A stretch of 64,000 bases of DNA from Antedon mediterranea (GCF_964355755.1 NC_092676.1:12198671-12262670); one strand, 5' to 3'. Numbered from the stretch's first letter, positions 49,301 through 64,000 are shown. Program-made: numbers and translations. The notes: generated by a model not told the origin, from the letters alone.

Positions 49301-52300
49301 AAAACATCAAAGTGTACAAAATAGCTTCAAATCGCATTTAGAGACGTTTTAGACCATTTTGTGCATTTCGATAAAACTTTTCACACAAAAACATCAAAGT
49401 GTACAAAATAGCTTCAAATCGCATTTAGAGACGTTTTAGACCATTTTGGGCATTTCGATGAAACTTGGTTACACAAATACATAAAAGTGCTTAAAATCAC
49501 ATTTCAAGCCGTTTTAGAGCATTTTGAGCATTTCGATAAAACTTTTCACACAAAAACATCAAAGTGCACAGAATATCTTCAAATCGCATTTAGAGACGTT
49601 TTAGACCATTTTGTGCATTTCGAAAAAATTTGTTAACATAAAAAGACCAAAGTGTTTAGAATATCTCCAAATCGTATTTGGAGACGTTTTAGACCATTTT
49701 GTGTTTTTCGAAAAAACTTTTCACACAAAAACATCAAAGTGTACAAAATTGCTTCAAATCGCATTTGGAGACGTTTTAGACCATTTTGTGATTTTCGAAA
49801 AAATTTGTTAACATAAAAAGACCAAAGTGTTTAGAATATCTCCAAATCGCATTTGGAGACGTTTTAAACCATTTTGTGAATTTCGATGGAACTTGGTTAC
49901 ACAAAAACATCAAAGTGCTTAAAATCACATTTAAAACCGTTTTAGAGCATTTTGAGCATTTCGATAAAACTTTTCACACAAAAACATCAAAGTGTACAAA
50001 ATAGCTTCAAATCGCATTTAGAGAGGTTTTAGACCATTTTGTGCATTTCGATAAAACTTTTCACACAAAAACTTCAAAGTGTACAAAATAGCTTCAAATC
50101 GCATTTAGAGACTTTTTGACCATTTTGTGCATTTTGATAAAACTTTTCACACAAAAACATCAAATTGCACAAAATAGCTTAATACCGTGTTTGAAATCGT
50201 TTTAAACCATTTTGAGCATGTCGATAAAACTTTTCACAAAAAAACATCAAAGTGCACAGAATAGCTTCAAATCGCATTTGGAGACGTTTTAAACCATTTT
50301 GTGCATTTCGATAAAACTTTTCACATAAAAACATCAAAGTGTACAAAATAGCTTCAATTCGCATTTAGAGACGTTTTAGACCATTTTGGGCATTTCGATG
50401 AAACTTGGTTACACAAATACATAAAAGTGCTTAAAATCACATTTCAAACCGTTTTAGAGCATTTTGAGTATTTCGATAAAACTTTTCACACAAAAATATC
50501 AAAGTGCACAAAATAGATTCAAATCGCATTTGGAGACGTTTTAGACCATTTTGTGCATTTCAAAAAAACTTTTTAACATAAAAACACCAAAGTGCTTAGA
50601 ATAGCTTCAAATCGCATTTGGAGACGTTTTAGACCATTTTGTGCATTTCGACTAAACTTGGTTACACAAAAACATCAAAGTGCTTAAAATCACATTTGAA
50701 ACCGTTTTAGAGCATTTTGAGCATTTCGATAAAACTTTTCACACAAAAACATAAAAGTGTACAAAATAGCTTCAAATCACATTTGAAACCGTTTTAGACC
50801 ATTTTGAGCATTTCGAAAAAATTTTTCACACAAAAACATCAAAGTGTACAAAATAGCTTCAAATCGCATTTGGAGACGTTTTAGACCATTTTGTGCATTT
50901 CGATGAAACTTGGTTAAACAAAAACATCAAAGTGCTTAAAATCACATTTGAAAGCGTTTTAGAGCATTTTGAGCATTTCGATAATACTTTTCACACAAAA
51001 ACATCAAAGTGTACAAAATAGCTTCAAATCGCATTTGGAGACGTTTTAGACCATTTTGTGCATTTCGATGAAACTTGGTTACACAAAAACATCAAAGTGC
51101 TTAAAATCACATTTGAAACCGTTTTAGACCATTTTGAGCATTTCGATAAAACTTTTCACACAAAAAAATCAAAGTGCACAAAATAGCTTCAAATCGCATT
51201 TGGAGACGTTTTAGACTATTTTGTGCATTTCGAAAAAATTTGTTAACATAAAAAGACCAAAGTGTTTAGAATATCTCCAAATCGCATTTGGAGACGTTTT
51301 AAACCATTTTGTGCATTTCGATGGAACTTGGTTACACAAAAACATCAAAGTGCTTAAAATCACATTTAAAACCGTTTTAGAGCGTTTTGAGCATTTCGAT
51401 AAACTTTTCACACAAAAACATCAAAGTGCACAAAATAGCTTCAAATCGCATTTAGAGATGTTTTAGACCATTTTGTGCATTTCGATAAAACTTTTCACAC
51501 AAAAACATCAAATTGCACAAAACAGCTTAATACCGTGTTTGAAATCGTTTTAAACCATTTTGAGCATGTCGATAAAACTTTTCACACAATAACATCAAAG
51601 TGCACAGAATATCTTCAAATCGCATTTAGAGACGTTTTAGACCATTTTGTGCATTTCGAAAAAAATTTGTTAACATAAAAAGACCAAAGTGTTTATAATA
51701 ACTCCAAATCGCATTTGGAGACGTTTTAGACCATTTTGTGCATTTCGATGAAACTTGGTTACACAAAAACATCAAAGTGCTTAAAATCACATTTGAAACC
51801 GTTTTAAAGCATTTTGTGCATTTCGATGAAACTTGGTTACACAAAAATATCAAAGTGCTTAAAATCACATTTAAAACCGTTTTAGAGCATTTTGAGCATT
51901 TCGATAAAACTTTTCACACAAAAACATCAAAGTGTACAAAATAGCTTCAAATCGCATTTAGAGACGTTTTAGACCATTTTGTGCATTTCGATAAAACTTT
52001 TCACACAAAAACATCAAATTGCACAAAATAGCTTAATATCGTGTTTGAAAACGTTTTAAACCATTTTGAGCATGTCGATAAAACTTTTCACACAAAAATA
52101 TCAAAGTGCACAGAATATCTTCAAATCACATTTAGAGACGTTTTAGACCATTTTGTGCATTTCGAAAAAGTTTGTTAACATAAAAAGACCAAAGTGTTTA
52201 GAATATCTCCAAATCGCATTTGGAGACGTTTTAGACCATTTTGTGCATTTCGATGAAACTTGGTTACACAAAAACATCAAAGTGCTTAAAATCACATTTA

Positions 52301-55300
52301 AAACCGTTTTAGAGCGTTTTGAGCATTTCGATAAACTTTTCACACAAAAACATCAAAGTGCACAAAATAGCTTCAAATCGCATTTAGAGATGTTTTAGAC
52401 CATTTTGTGCGTTTCGATAAAACTTTTCACACAAAAACATCAAAGTGCACAGAATAGCTTCAAATCGCATTTGGAGACGTTTTAGACCATTTTGTGCATT
52501 TCAAAAAAACTTTTTAACATAAAAACACCAAAGTGCTTAGAATCACATTTGAAACCGTTTTAGAGCATTTTGTGCATTTCGACGAAACTTGGTTACACAA
52601 AAACATCAAAGTGCTTAAAATCACATTTGAAACCGTTTTAGAGCATTTTGAGCATTTCGATAAAACTTTTCACACAAAAACATCAAAGTGTACAAAATAG
52701 CTACAAATCGCATTTAGAGAGGTTTTAGAGCATTTTGAGCATTTCGATAAAACTTTTCACACAAAAACATCAAAGTGTACAAAATAGCTTCAAATCACAT
52801 TTGAAACCGTTTTAGACCATTTTGAGCATTTCGATAAAACTTTTCACACAAAAACATCAAAGTGTACAAAATAGCTTCAAATCGCATTTGGAGACGTTTT
52901 AGACCATTTTGTGCATTTCGATGAAACTTGGTTACACAAAAACATCAAAGTGCTTAAAATCACATTTGAAACCGTTTTAGAGCATTTTTAGCATTTCGAT
53001 AATACTTTTCACACAAAAACATCAAAGTGTACAAAATAGCTTCAAATCGCATTTGGAGACGTTTTAGACCATTTTGTGCATTTCGATGAAACTTGGTTAC
53101 ACAAAAACATCAAAGTGCTTAAAATCACATTTGAAATCGTTTTAGACCATTTTGAGCATTTCGATAAAACTTTTCACACAAAAAAATCAAAGTGCACAAA
53201 ATAGCTTCAAATCGCATTTGGAGACGTTTTAGACTATTTTGTGCATTTCGAAAAAATTTGTTAACATAAAAAGACCAAAGTGTTTAGAATATCTCCAAAT
53301 CGCATTTGGAGACGTTTTAAACCATTTTGTGCATTTCGATGGAACTTGGTTACACAAAAACATCAAAGTGCTTAAAATCACCTTTAAAACCGTTTTAGAG
53401 CATTTTGAGCATTTCGATAAAACTTTTCACACAAAAACATCAAAGTGTACAAAATAGCTTCAAATCGAATTTAGAGAGGTTTTAGACCATTTTGTGCATT
53501 TCGATAAAACTTTTCACACAAAAACATCAAAGTGTACAAAATAACTTCAAATCGCATTTAGAGACGTTTTAGACCATTTTGTGCATTTTGATAAAACTTT
53601 TCACACAAAAACATAAAATTGCACAAAATAGCTTAATACCGTGTTTGAAATCGTTTTAAACCATTTTGAGCATGTCGATAAAACTTTTCACAAAAAAACA
53701 TCAAAGTGCACAGAATAGCTTCAAATCGCATTTGGAGACGTTTTAAACCATTTTGTGCATTTCGATAAAACTTTTCACATAAAAACATGAAAGTGTACAA
53801 AATAGCTTCAAATCGCATTTAGAGACGTTTTAGACCATTTTGGGCATTTCGATGAAACTTAGTTACACAAATACATAAAAGTCCTTAAAATCACATTTCA
53901 AACCGTTTTAGAGCATTTTGAGCATTTCGTTAAAACTTTTCACACAAAAACATCAAAGTGCACAAAATAGCTTCAAATCGCATTTAGAGATGTTTTAGAC
54001 CATTTTGTGCAATTCGATAAAACTTTTCACACAAAAACATCAAATTGCACAAAATAGCTTAATATCGTGTTTGAAAACGTTTTAGACAATTTTGAGCATG
54101 TCGATAAAACTTTTCACACAAAAACATAAAAGTGAACAGAATAGCTTCAAATTGCATTTGGAGACGTTTTAGAGCATTTTGTGCATTTCGATAAAATGTG
54201 TTAACATTTCACACAAAAACATCAAAGTGCACAAAATAGCTTCAAATCGCATTTAGAGATGTTTTAGACCATTTTGTGCATTTCGATAAAACTTTTCACA
54301 CAAAAACATCAAATTGCACAAAATAGCTTAATACCGTGTTTGAAATCGTTTTAAACCATTTTGAGCATGTCGATAAAACTTTTCACAAAAAAACATCAAA
54401 GTGCACAGAATAGCTTCAAATCGCATTTGGAGACGTTTTAAACCATTTTGTGCATTTCGATAAAACTTTTCACATAAAAACATCAAAGTGTCCAAAATAG
54501 CTTCAAATCGCAGTTAGAGACGTTTTAGACCATTTTGGGCATTTATAAAAGTGCTTAAAATCACATTTCAAACCGTTTTAGAGCATTTTGAGCATTTCGA
54601 TAAAACTTTTCACACAAAAACATCAAAGTGCACAAAATAGCTTCAAATCGCATTTAGAGATGTTTTAGACCATTTTGTGCAATTCGATAAAACTTTTCAC
54701 ACAAAAACATCAAAGTGCACAAAATAGCTTCAAATCGCATTTAGAGATGTTTTAGACCATTTTGTGCATTTCGATAAAACTTTTCACACAAAAACATAAA
54801 AGTGAACAGAATAGCTTCAAATTGCATTTGGAGACGTTTTAGAGCATTTTGTGCATTTCGATAAAATGTGTTAACATAAAAAGACCAAAGTGTTTAGAAT
54901 ATCTTCAAATCACATTTGGAGACGTTTTAGACCATTTTTGGCATTTCGATGAAACTTGGTTACACAAAAACATCAAAGTGCTTAAAATCACATTTAAAAC
55001 CGTTTTAGAGCATTTTGAGCATTTCGATAAAACTTTTCACACAAAAACATCAAAGTGTACAAAATAGCTTCAAATCGCATTTAGAGAGGTTTTAGACCAT
55101 TTTGTGCATTTCGATAAAACTTTTCACACAAAAACATCAAAGTGTACAAAATAGCTTAATATCGTGTTTGAAAACGTTTTAAACCATTTTGAGCATGTCG
55201 ATAAAACTTTTCACACAAAAATATCAAAGTGCACAGAATATCTTCAAATCGCATTTAGAGACGTTTTAGACCATTTTGTGCATTTCGAAAAAATGTGTTA

Positions 55301-58300
55301 ACATAAAAAGACCAAAGTGTTTAGAATATCTCCAAATCGCATTTGGAGACGTTTTAGACCATTTTGTGTTTTTCGAAAAACTTTTCACACAAAAACATCA
55401 AAGTGTAGAAAATTGCTTCAAATCGCATTTAGAGACGTTTTAGACCATTTTGTGCATTTCGAAAAAACTTTTTAAAATAAAAACACCAAAGTGCTTAGAA
55501 TAGCTTCAAATCGCATTTGGAGACGTTTTAGACCATTTTGTGCATTTCGACGAAACTTGGTTACACAAAAACATCAAAGTGCTTAAAATCACATTTGAAA
55601 CCGTTTTAGAGCATTTTGAGCATTTCGATAAAACTTTTCACACAAAAACATAAAAGTGTACAAAATAGCTTCAAATCACATTTGAAACCGTTTTAGACCA
55701 TTTTGAGCATTTCGAAAAAATTTTTCACACACAAACATCAAAGTGTACAAAATAGCTTCAAATCGCATTTGGAGACGTTTTAGACCATTTTGTGCATTTC
55801 GATGAAACTTGGTTAAACAAAAACATCAAAGTGCTTAAAATCACATTTGAAAGCGTTTTAGAGCATTTTGAGCATTTCGATAATACTTTTCACACAAAAA
55901 CATCAAAGTGTACAAAATAGCTTCAAATCGCATTTGGAGACGTTTTAGACCATTTTGTGCATTTCGATGAAACTTGGTTACACAAAAACATCAAAGTGCT
56001 TAAAATCACATTTGAAACCGTTTTAGACCATTTTGAGCATTTCGAGAAAACTTTTCACACAAAAAAATCAAAGTGCACAAAATAGCTTCAAATCGCATTT
56101 GGAGACGTTTTAGACTATTTTGTGCATTTCGAAAAAATTTGTTAACATAAAAAGACCAAAGTGTTTAGAATATCTCCAAATCGCAATTGGAGACGTTTTA
56201 AACCATTTTGTGCATTTCGATGGAACTTGGTTACACAAAAACATCAAAGTGCTTAAAATCACATTTAAAACCGTTTTAGAGCGTTTTGAGCATTTCGATA
56301 AACTTTTCACACAAAAACATCAAAGTGCACAAAATAGCTTCAAATCGCATTTAGAGATGTTTTAGACCATTTTGTGCATTTCGATAAAACTTTTCACACA
56401 AAAACATCAAATTGCACAAAACAGCTTAATACCGTGTTTGAAATCGTTTTAAACCATTTTGAGCATGTCGATAAAACTTTTCACACAATAACATCAAAGT
56501 GCACAGAATATCTTCAAATCGCATTTAGAGACGTTTTAGACCATTTTGTGCATTTCGAAAAAAATTTGTTAACATAAAAAGACCAAAGTGTTTAGAATAA
56601 CTCCAAATCGCATTTGGAGACGTTTTAGACCATTTTGTGCATTTCGATGAAACTTGGTTACACAAAAACATCAAAGTGCTTAAAATCACATTTGAAACCG
56701 TTTTAAAGCATTTTGTGCATTTCGATGAAACTTGGTTACACAAAAATATCAAAGTGCTTAAAATCACATTTAAAACCGTTTTAGAGCATTTTGAGCATTT
56801 CGATAAAACTTTTCACACAAAAACATCAAAGTGTACAAAATAGCTTCAAATCGCATTTAGAGAGGTTTTAGACCATTTTGTGCATTTCGATAAAACTTTT
56901 CACACAAAAACATCAAAGTGTACAAAATAGCTTCAAATCGCATTTAGAGACGTTTTAGACCATTTTGTGCATTTCGATAAAACTTTTCACACAAAAACAT
57001 CAAATTGCACAAAATAGCTTAATATCGTGTTTGAAAACGTTTTAAACCATTTTGAGCATGTCGATAAAACTTTTCACACAAAAATATCAAAGTGCACAGA
57101 ATATCTTCAAATCACATTTAGAGACGTTTTAGACCATTTTGTGCATTTCGAAAAAGTTTGTTAACATAAAAAGACCAAAGTGTTTAGAATATCTCCAAAT
57201 CACATTTGAAACCGTTTTAGAGCATTTTGTGCATTTCGACGAAACTTGGTTACACAAAAACATCAAAGTGCTTAAAATCACATTTGAAACCGTTTTAGAG
57301 CATTTTGAGCATTTCGATAAAACTTTTCACACAAAAACATCAAAGTGTACAAAATAGCTTCAAATCGCATTTAGAGAGGTTTTAGAGCATTTTGAGCATT
57401 TCGATAAAACTTTTCACACAAAAACATCAAAGTGTACAAAATAGCTTCAAATCACATTTGAAACCGTTTTAGACCATTTTGAGCATTTCGATAAAACTTT
57501 TCACACAAAAACATCAAAGTGTACAAAATAGCTTCAAATCGCATTTGGAGACGTTTTAGACCATTTTGTGCATTTCGATGAAACTTGGTTACACAAAAAC
57601 ATCAAAGTGCTTAAAATCACATTTGAAACCGTTTTAGAGCATTTTTAGCATTTCGATAATACTTTTCACACAAAAACATCAAAGTGTACAAAATAGCTTC
57701 AAATCGCATTTGGAGACGTTTTAGACCATTTTGTGCATTTCGATGAAACTTGGTTACACAAAAACATAAAAGTGCTTAAAATCACATTTGAAATCGTTTT
57801 AGACCATTTTGAGCATTTCGATAAAACTTTTCACACAAAAAAATCAAAGTGCACAAAATAGCTTCAAATCGCATTTGGAGACGTTTTAGACTATTTTGTG
57901 CATTTCGAAAAAATTTGTTAACATAAAAAGACCAAAGTGTTTAGAATATCTCCAAATCGCATTTGGAGACGTTTTAAACCATTTTGTGCATTTCGATGGA
58001 ACTTGGTTACACAAAAACATCAAAGTGCTTAAAATCACATTTAAAACCGTTTTAGAGCATTTTGAGCATTTCGATAAAACTTTTCACACAAAAACATCAA
58101 AGTGTACAAAATAGCTTCAAATCGCATTTAGAGAGGTTTTAGACCATTTTGTGCATTTCGATAAAACTTTTCACACAAAAACATCAAAGTGTACAAAATA
58201 GCTTCAAATCGCATTTAGAGACGTTTTAGACCATTTTGTGCATTTCGATAAAACTTTTCACACAAAAACATCAAATTGCACAAAATAGCTTAATATCGTG

Positions 58301-59509
58301 TTTGAAAACGTTTTAAACCATTTTGAGCATGTCGATAAAACTTTTCACACAAAAATATCAAAGTGCACCGAATATCTTCAAATCGCATTTAGAGACGTTT
58401 TAGACCATTTTGTGCATTTCGGAAAAATTTGTTAACATAAAAAGACCAAAGTGTTTAGAATATCTCCAAATCGCATTTGGAGACGTTTTAGACCATTTTG
58501 TGTTTTTCGATGAAACTTGGTTACACAAAAACATCAAAGTGCTTAAAATCACATTTAAAACCGTTTTAGAGCGTTTTGAGCATTTCGATAAACTTTTCAC
58601 ACAAAAACATCAAAGTGCACAAAATAGCTTCAAATCGCATTTAGAGATGTTTTAGACCATTTTGTGCGTTTCGATAAAACTTTTCACACAAAAACATCAA
58701 AGTGCACAGAATAGCTTCAAATCGCATTTGGAGACGTTTTAGACCATTTTGTGCATTTCAAAAAAACTTTTTAACATAAAAACACCAAAGTGCTTAGAAT
58801 CACATTTGAAACCGTTTTAGAGCATTTTGTGCATTTCGACGAAACTTGGTTACACAAAAACATCAAAGTGCTTAAAATCACATTTGAAACCGTTTTAGAG
58901 CATTTTGAGCATTTCGATAAAACTTTTCACACAAAAACATCAAAGTGTACAAAATAGCTTCAAATCGCATTTAGAGAGGTTTTAGAGCATTTTGAGCATT
59001 TCGATAAAACTTTTCACACAAAAACATCAAAGTGTACAAAATAGCTTCAAATCACATTTGAAACCGTTTTAGACCATTTTGAGCATTTCGATAAAACTTT
59101 TCACACAAAAATATCAAAGTGTACAAAATAGCTTCAAATCGCATTTGGAGACGTTTTAGACCATTTTGTGCATTTCGATGAAACTTGGTTACACAAAAAC
59201 ATCAAAGTGCTTAAAATCACATTTGAAACCGTTTTAGAGCATTTTTAGCATTTCGATAATACTTTTCACACAAAAACATCAAAGTGTACAAAATAGCTTC
59301 AAATCGCATTTGGAGACGTTTTAGACCATTTTGTGCATTTCGATAAAACTTTTCACACAAAAACATCAAAGTGTACAAAATAGCTTCAAATCGCATTTAG
59401 AGACGTTTTAGACCATTTTGTGCATTTCGATAAAACTTTTCACACAAAAACATCAAATTGCACAAAATAGCTTCAAGTCGCATTTGGAGACGTTTTAAAC
59501 CATTTTGTG

Positions 59510-61500
59510 CATTTCGATAAAACTTTTCACATAAAAACATCAAAGTGTACAAAATAGCTTCAAATGGCATTTAGAGACGTTTTAGACCATTTTGGGCATT
59601 TCGATGAAACTTAGTTACACAAATACATAAAAGTCCTTAAAATCACATTTCAAACCGTTTTAGAGCATTTTGAGCATTTCGATAAAACTTTTCACACAAA
59701 AACATCAAAGTGCACAAAATAGCTTCAAATCGCATTTAGAGATGTTTTAGACCATTTTGTGCAATTCGATAAAACTTTTCACACAAAAACATCAAATTGC
59801 ACAAAATAGCTTAATATCGTGTTTGAAAACGTTTTAGACCATTTTGAGCATGTCGATAAAACTTTTCACACAAAAACATAAAAGTGAACAGAATAGCTTC
59901 AAATTGGATTTGGAGACGTTTTAGAGCATTTTGTGCATTTCGATAAAATGTGTTAACATAAAAAGACCAAAGTTTTTAGAATATCTTCAAATCACATTTG
60001 GAGACGTTTTAGACCATTTTTTGCATTTCGATGAAACTTGGTTACACAAAAACATCAAAGTGCTTAAAACCGTTGCTTAAAATCACATTTAAAACCGTTT
60101 TAGAGCATTTTGAGCATTTCGTTAAAACTTTTCACACAAAAACATCAAAGTGTACAAAATAGCTTCAAATCGCATTTAGAGACGTTTTAGACCATTTTGG
60201 GCATTTCGATGAAACTTAGTTACACAAATACATAAAAGTCCTTAAAATCACATTTCAAACCGTTTTAGAGCATTTTGAGCATTTCGATAAAACTTTTCAC
60301 ACAAAAACATCAAAGTGCACAAAATAGCTTCAAATCGCATTTAGAGATGTTTTAGACCATTTTGTGCAATTCGATAAAACTTTTCACACAAAAACATCAA
60401 ATTGCACAAAATAGCTTAATATCGTGTTTGAAAACGTTTTAGACCATTTTGAGCATGTCGATAAAACTTTTCACACAAAAACATATAAGTGAACAGAATA
60501 GCTTCAAATTGGATTTGGAGACGTTTTAGAGCATTTTGTGCATTTCGATAAAATGTGTTAACATAAAAAGACCAAAGTGTTTAGAATATCTTCAAATCAC
60601 ATTTGGAGACGTTTTAGACCATTTTTTGCATTTCGATGAAACTTGGTTACACAAAAACATCAAAGTGCTTAAAACCGTTGCTTAAAATCACATTTAAAAC
60701 CGTTTTAGAGCATTTTGAGCATTTCGTTAAAACTTTTCACACAAAAACATCAAAGTGTACAAAATAGCTTCAAATCGCATTTAGAGAGGTTTTAGACCAT
60801 TTTGTGCATTTCGATAAAACTTTTCACACAAAAACATCAAAGTGTACAAAATAGCTTCAAATGGCATTTAGAGACGTTTTAGACCATTTTGGGCATTTCG
60901 ATGAAACTTAGTTACACAAATACATAAAAGTCTTTAAAATCACATTTCAAACCGTTTTAGAGCATTTTGAGCATTTCGATAAAACTTTTCACACAAAAAC
61001 ATCAAAGTGCACAAAATAGCTTCAAATCGCATTTAGAGATGTTTTAGACCATTTTGTGCAATTCGATAAAACTTTTCACACAAAAACATCAAATTGCACA
61101 AAATAGCTTAATATCGTGTTTGAAAACGTTTTAGACCATTTTGAGCATGTCGATAAAACTTTTCACACAAAAACATAAAGTGAACAGAATAGCTTCAAAT
61201 TGGATTTGGAGACGTTTTAGAGCATTTTGTGCATTTCGATAAAATGTGTTAACATAAAAAGACCAAAGTGTTTAGAATATCTTCAAATCACATTTGGAGA
61301 CGTTTTAGACCATTTTTTGCATTTCGATGAAACTTGGTTACACAAAAACATCAAAGTGCTTAAAACCGTTGCTTAAAATCACATTTAAAACCGTTTTAGA
61401 GCATTTTGAGCATTTCGTTAAAACTTTTCACACAAAAACATCAAAGTGTACAAAATAGCTTCAAATCGCATTTAGAGAGGTTTTAGACCATTTTGTGCAT
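59510..61500. repeat. 692-bp higher-order repeat family, 3 copies (one lacking an 87-mer)
   Basis: Marker at 60069, 60674 (+605 = 692-87) and 61365 (+691). Confidence 0.88.
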
Positions 61501-64000
61501 TTCGATAAAACTTTTCACACAAAAACATCAAAGTGTACAAAATAGCTTCAAATCGCATTTAGAGAGGTTTTAGACCATTTTGTGCATTTCGATAAAACTT
61601 TTCACACAAAAACATCAGAGTGTACAAAATTGCTTCAAATGGCATTTAGAGAGGTTTTAGACCATTTTGTGCATTTCGATAAAACTTTTCACACAAAAAC
61701 ATCAAAGTGCACAGAATATCTTAATACCGTGTCTGAAATCGTTTTAAACCATTTTGAGCATGTCGATAAAACTTTTCACACAAAAACATCAAAGTGCACA
61801 GAATATCTTCAAATCGCATTTAGAGACGTTTTAGACCATTTTGTGCATTTCGAAAAAATTTGTTAACATAAAAAGACCAAAGTGTTTAGAATATCTCCAA
61901 ATCGCATTTGGAGACGTTTTAGACCATTTTGTGCATTTCGATGAAACTTGGTTACACAAAAACATCAAAGTGCTTAAAATCACATTTAAAACCGTTTTAG
62001 AGCGTTTTGAGCGATTCGATAAACTTTTCACACAAAAACATCAAAGTGCACAAAATAGCTTCAAATCGCATTTAGAGATGTTTTAGACCATTTTGTGCAT
62101 TTCGATAAAACTTTTCACACAAAAACATCAAATTGCACAAAATAGCTTAATACCGTGTTTGAAATCATTTTAAACCATTTTGAGCATGTCGATAAAACTT
62201 TTCACACAAAAATATCAAAGTGCACAGAATATCTTCAAATCGCATTTATAGACGTTTTAGACCATTTTGTGCATTTCGAAAAAATTTGTTAACATAAAAA
62301 GACCAAAGTGTTTAGAATATCTCCAAATCGCATTTGGAGACGTTTTAGACCATTTTGTGTTTTTCGAAAAAACTTTTCACACAAAAACATCAAAGTGTAC
62401 AAAATTGCTTCAAATCGCATTTGGAGACGTTTTAGACCATTTTGTGATTTTCGAAAAACTTTTCACACAAAAACATCAAAGTGTAGAAAATTGCTTCAAA
62501 TCGGAAAAAAAATGTTTTGAGAGATGTTTTAGAACAATTTTGTGCATTTCGAAAAAATTTGTTAACATAAAAAGACCAAAGTGTTTAGAATATCTCCAAA
62601 TCGCATTTGGAGACGTTTTAGACCATTTTGTGCATTTCGATGACACTTGGTTACACAAAAACATCAAAGTGCTTAAAATCACATTTAAAACCGTTTTAGA
62701 GCGTTTTGAGCATTTCGATAAACTTTTCAAACAAAAACATCAAAGTGTACAAAATAGCTTCAAATCGTATTTGGAGACGTTTTAGACCATTTTGTGCGTT
62801 TCGATGTATCTTGGTTACACAAAAACATCAAAGTGCTTAAAATCACATTTAAAACCGTTTTAGTGCATTTTGAGCATTTCGATAAAACTTTTCACACAAA
62901 AACATCAAATTGCACAAAATAGCTTAATATCGTGTTTGAAAACGTTTTAGACCATTTTGAGCATGTCGATAAAACTTTTCACACAAAAACATAAAAGTGC
63001 ACAGAATAGCTTCAAATCGCATTTGGAGTCGTTTTAGACCATTTTGTGCATTTCGAAAAAACTTTTTAACATAAAAACACCAAAGTTCTTAGAATAGCTT
63101 CAAATCGCATTTGGAGACGTTTTAGACCATTTTGTGCATATCGATGAAACTTGGTTACACAAAAACATCAAAGTGCTTAAAATCACATTTGAAACCGTTT
63201 TAGAGCATTTTGAGCATTTCGATAAAACTTTTCACACAAAAACATCAAAGTGTACAAAATAGCTTCAAATCACATTTGAAACCGTTTTAGACCATTTTGA
63301 GCATTTCGATAAAACTTTTCACACAAAAACATCAAAGTGTACAAAATAGCTTCAAATCGCATTTGGAGACGTTTTAGACCATTTTGTGCATTTCGATGAA
63401 ACTTGGTTACACAAAAACATCAAAGTGCTTAAAATTTCATTTGAAAGCGTTTTAGAGCATTTTGAGCATTTCGATAATACTTTTCACACAAAAACATCAA
63501 AGTGTACAAAATAGCTTCAAATCGCATTTGGAGACGTTTTAGACCATTTTGTGCATTTCGATAAAACTTTTCACACAAAAACATCAAAGTGTACAAAATA
63601 ACTTCAAATCGCATTTAGAGAGGTTTTAGACCATTTTGTGCATTTCGATAAAACTTTTCACACAAAAACATCAAAGTGTACAAAATAGCTTCAAATCGCA
63701 TTTAGAGACGTTTTAGACCATTTTGTGCATTTCGATAAAACTTTTCACACAAAAACATCAAATTGCACAAAATAGCTTAATATCGTGTTTGAAAACGTTT
63801 TAAACCATTTTGAGCATGTCGATAAAACTTTTCACACAAAAATATCAAAGTGCACCGAATATCTTCAAATCGCATTTAGAGACGTTTTAGACCATTTTGT
63901 GCATTTCGGAAAAATTTGTTAACATAAAAAGACCAAAGTGTTTAGAATATCTCCAAATCGCATTTGGAGACGTTTTAGACCATTTTGTGTTTTTCGATGA

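Larger units (their letters stand above)
47201..64000. repeat. Satellite DNA array, segment 3; continues beyond the window end
   Basis: Same monomer family and orientation. Confidence 0.98.

Noticed and set aside
823-63614. Dozens of short recurring ORFs (MCISKKFVNIKRPK..., MKSLSKCSK..., MRFEAIL..., including the 172-aa ORF at 62267-62785)
   Set aside because: These are translations of satellite monomers, mostly from GTG/TTG starts. The 87- and 78-bp lengths preserve frame by chance, while 86/88-mers and frequent TAG stops break it. No domain signal.
1-64000. CRISPR array interpretation of the regular repeats
   Set aside because: No unique spacers (entire monomers are repeated), no cas genes, and a eukaryotic LINE context.

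Overview
AT-rich eukaryotic tandem-satellite array (about 50.5 kb of the 64 kb) built from related 78/86/87/88-bp monomers, all head-to-tail on one strand and organised into nested higher-order repeats (426, 692, 924, 1705 and ~6100 bp). The array is interrupted twice by the same ~6.7-kb full-length L1/Tx1-type non-LTR retrotransposon on the minus strand (2887-9610 and 40486-47200). It has a 5'UTR, ORF1 with two CCHC knuckles, ORF2 with APE endonuclease, RT and a C-terminal zinc finger, a 1.5-kb 3'UTR and a short poly(A). Both copies share identical junctions, a 25-bp target-site deletion and the same two ORF2 lesions, and their flanking satellite is co-duplicated. They are therefore best read as one insertion amplified passively inside a ~37-39 kb array macro-duplication. 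The least explained features are (i) a tandemly duplicated 3'UTR module carrying a covarying 5-bp/5-nt hairpin between AATAAA and the poly(A), (ii) the foldback architecture of the satellite monomer, and (iii) an in-frame U_UUU_UUA heptamer at the ORF2 frameshift. No host genes, RNA genes or CRISPR arrays are supported. The host species and any centromeric function cannot be determined from this sequence.
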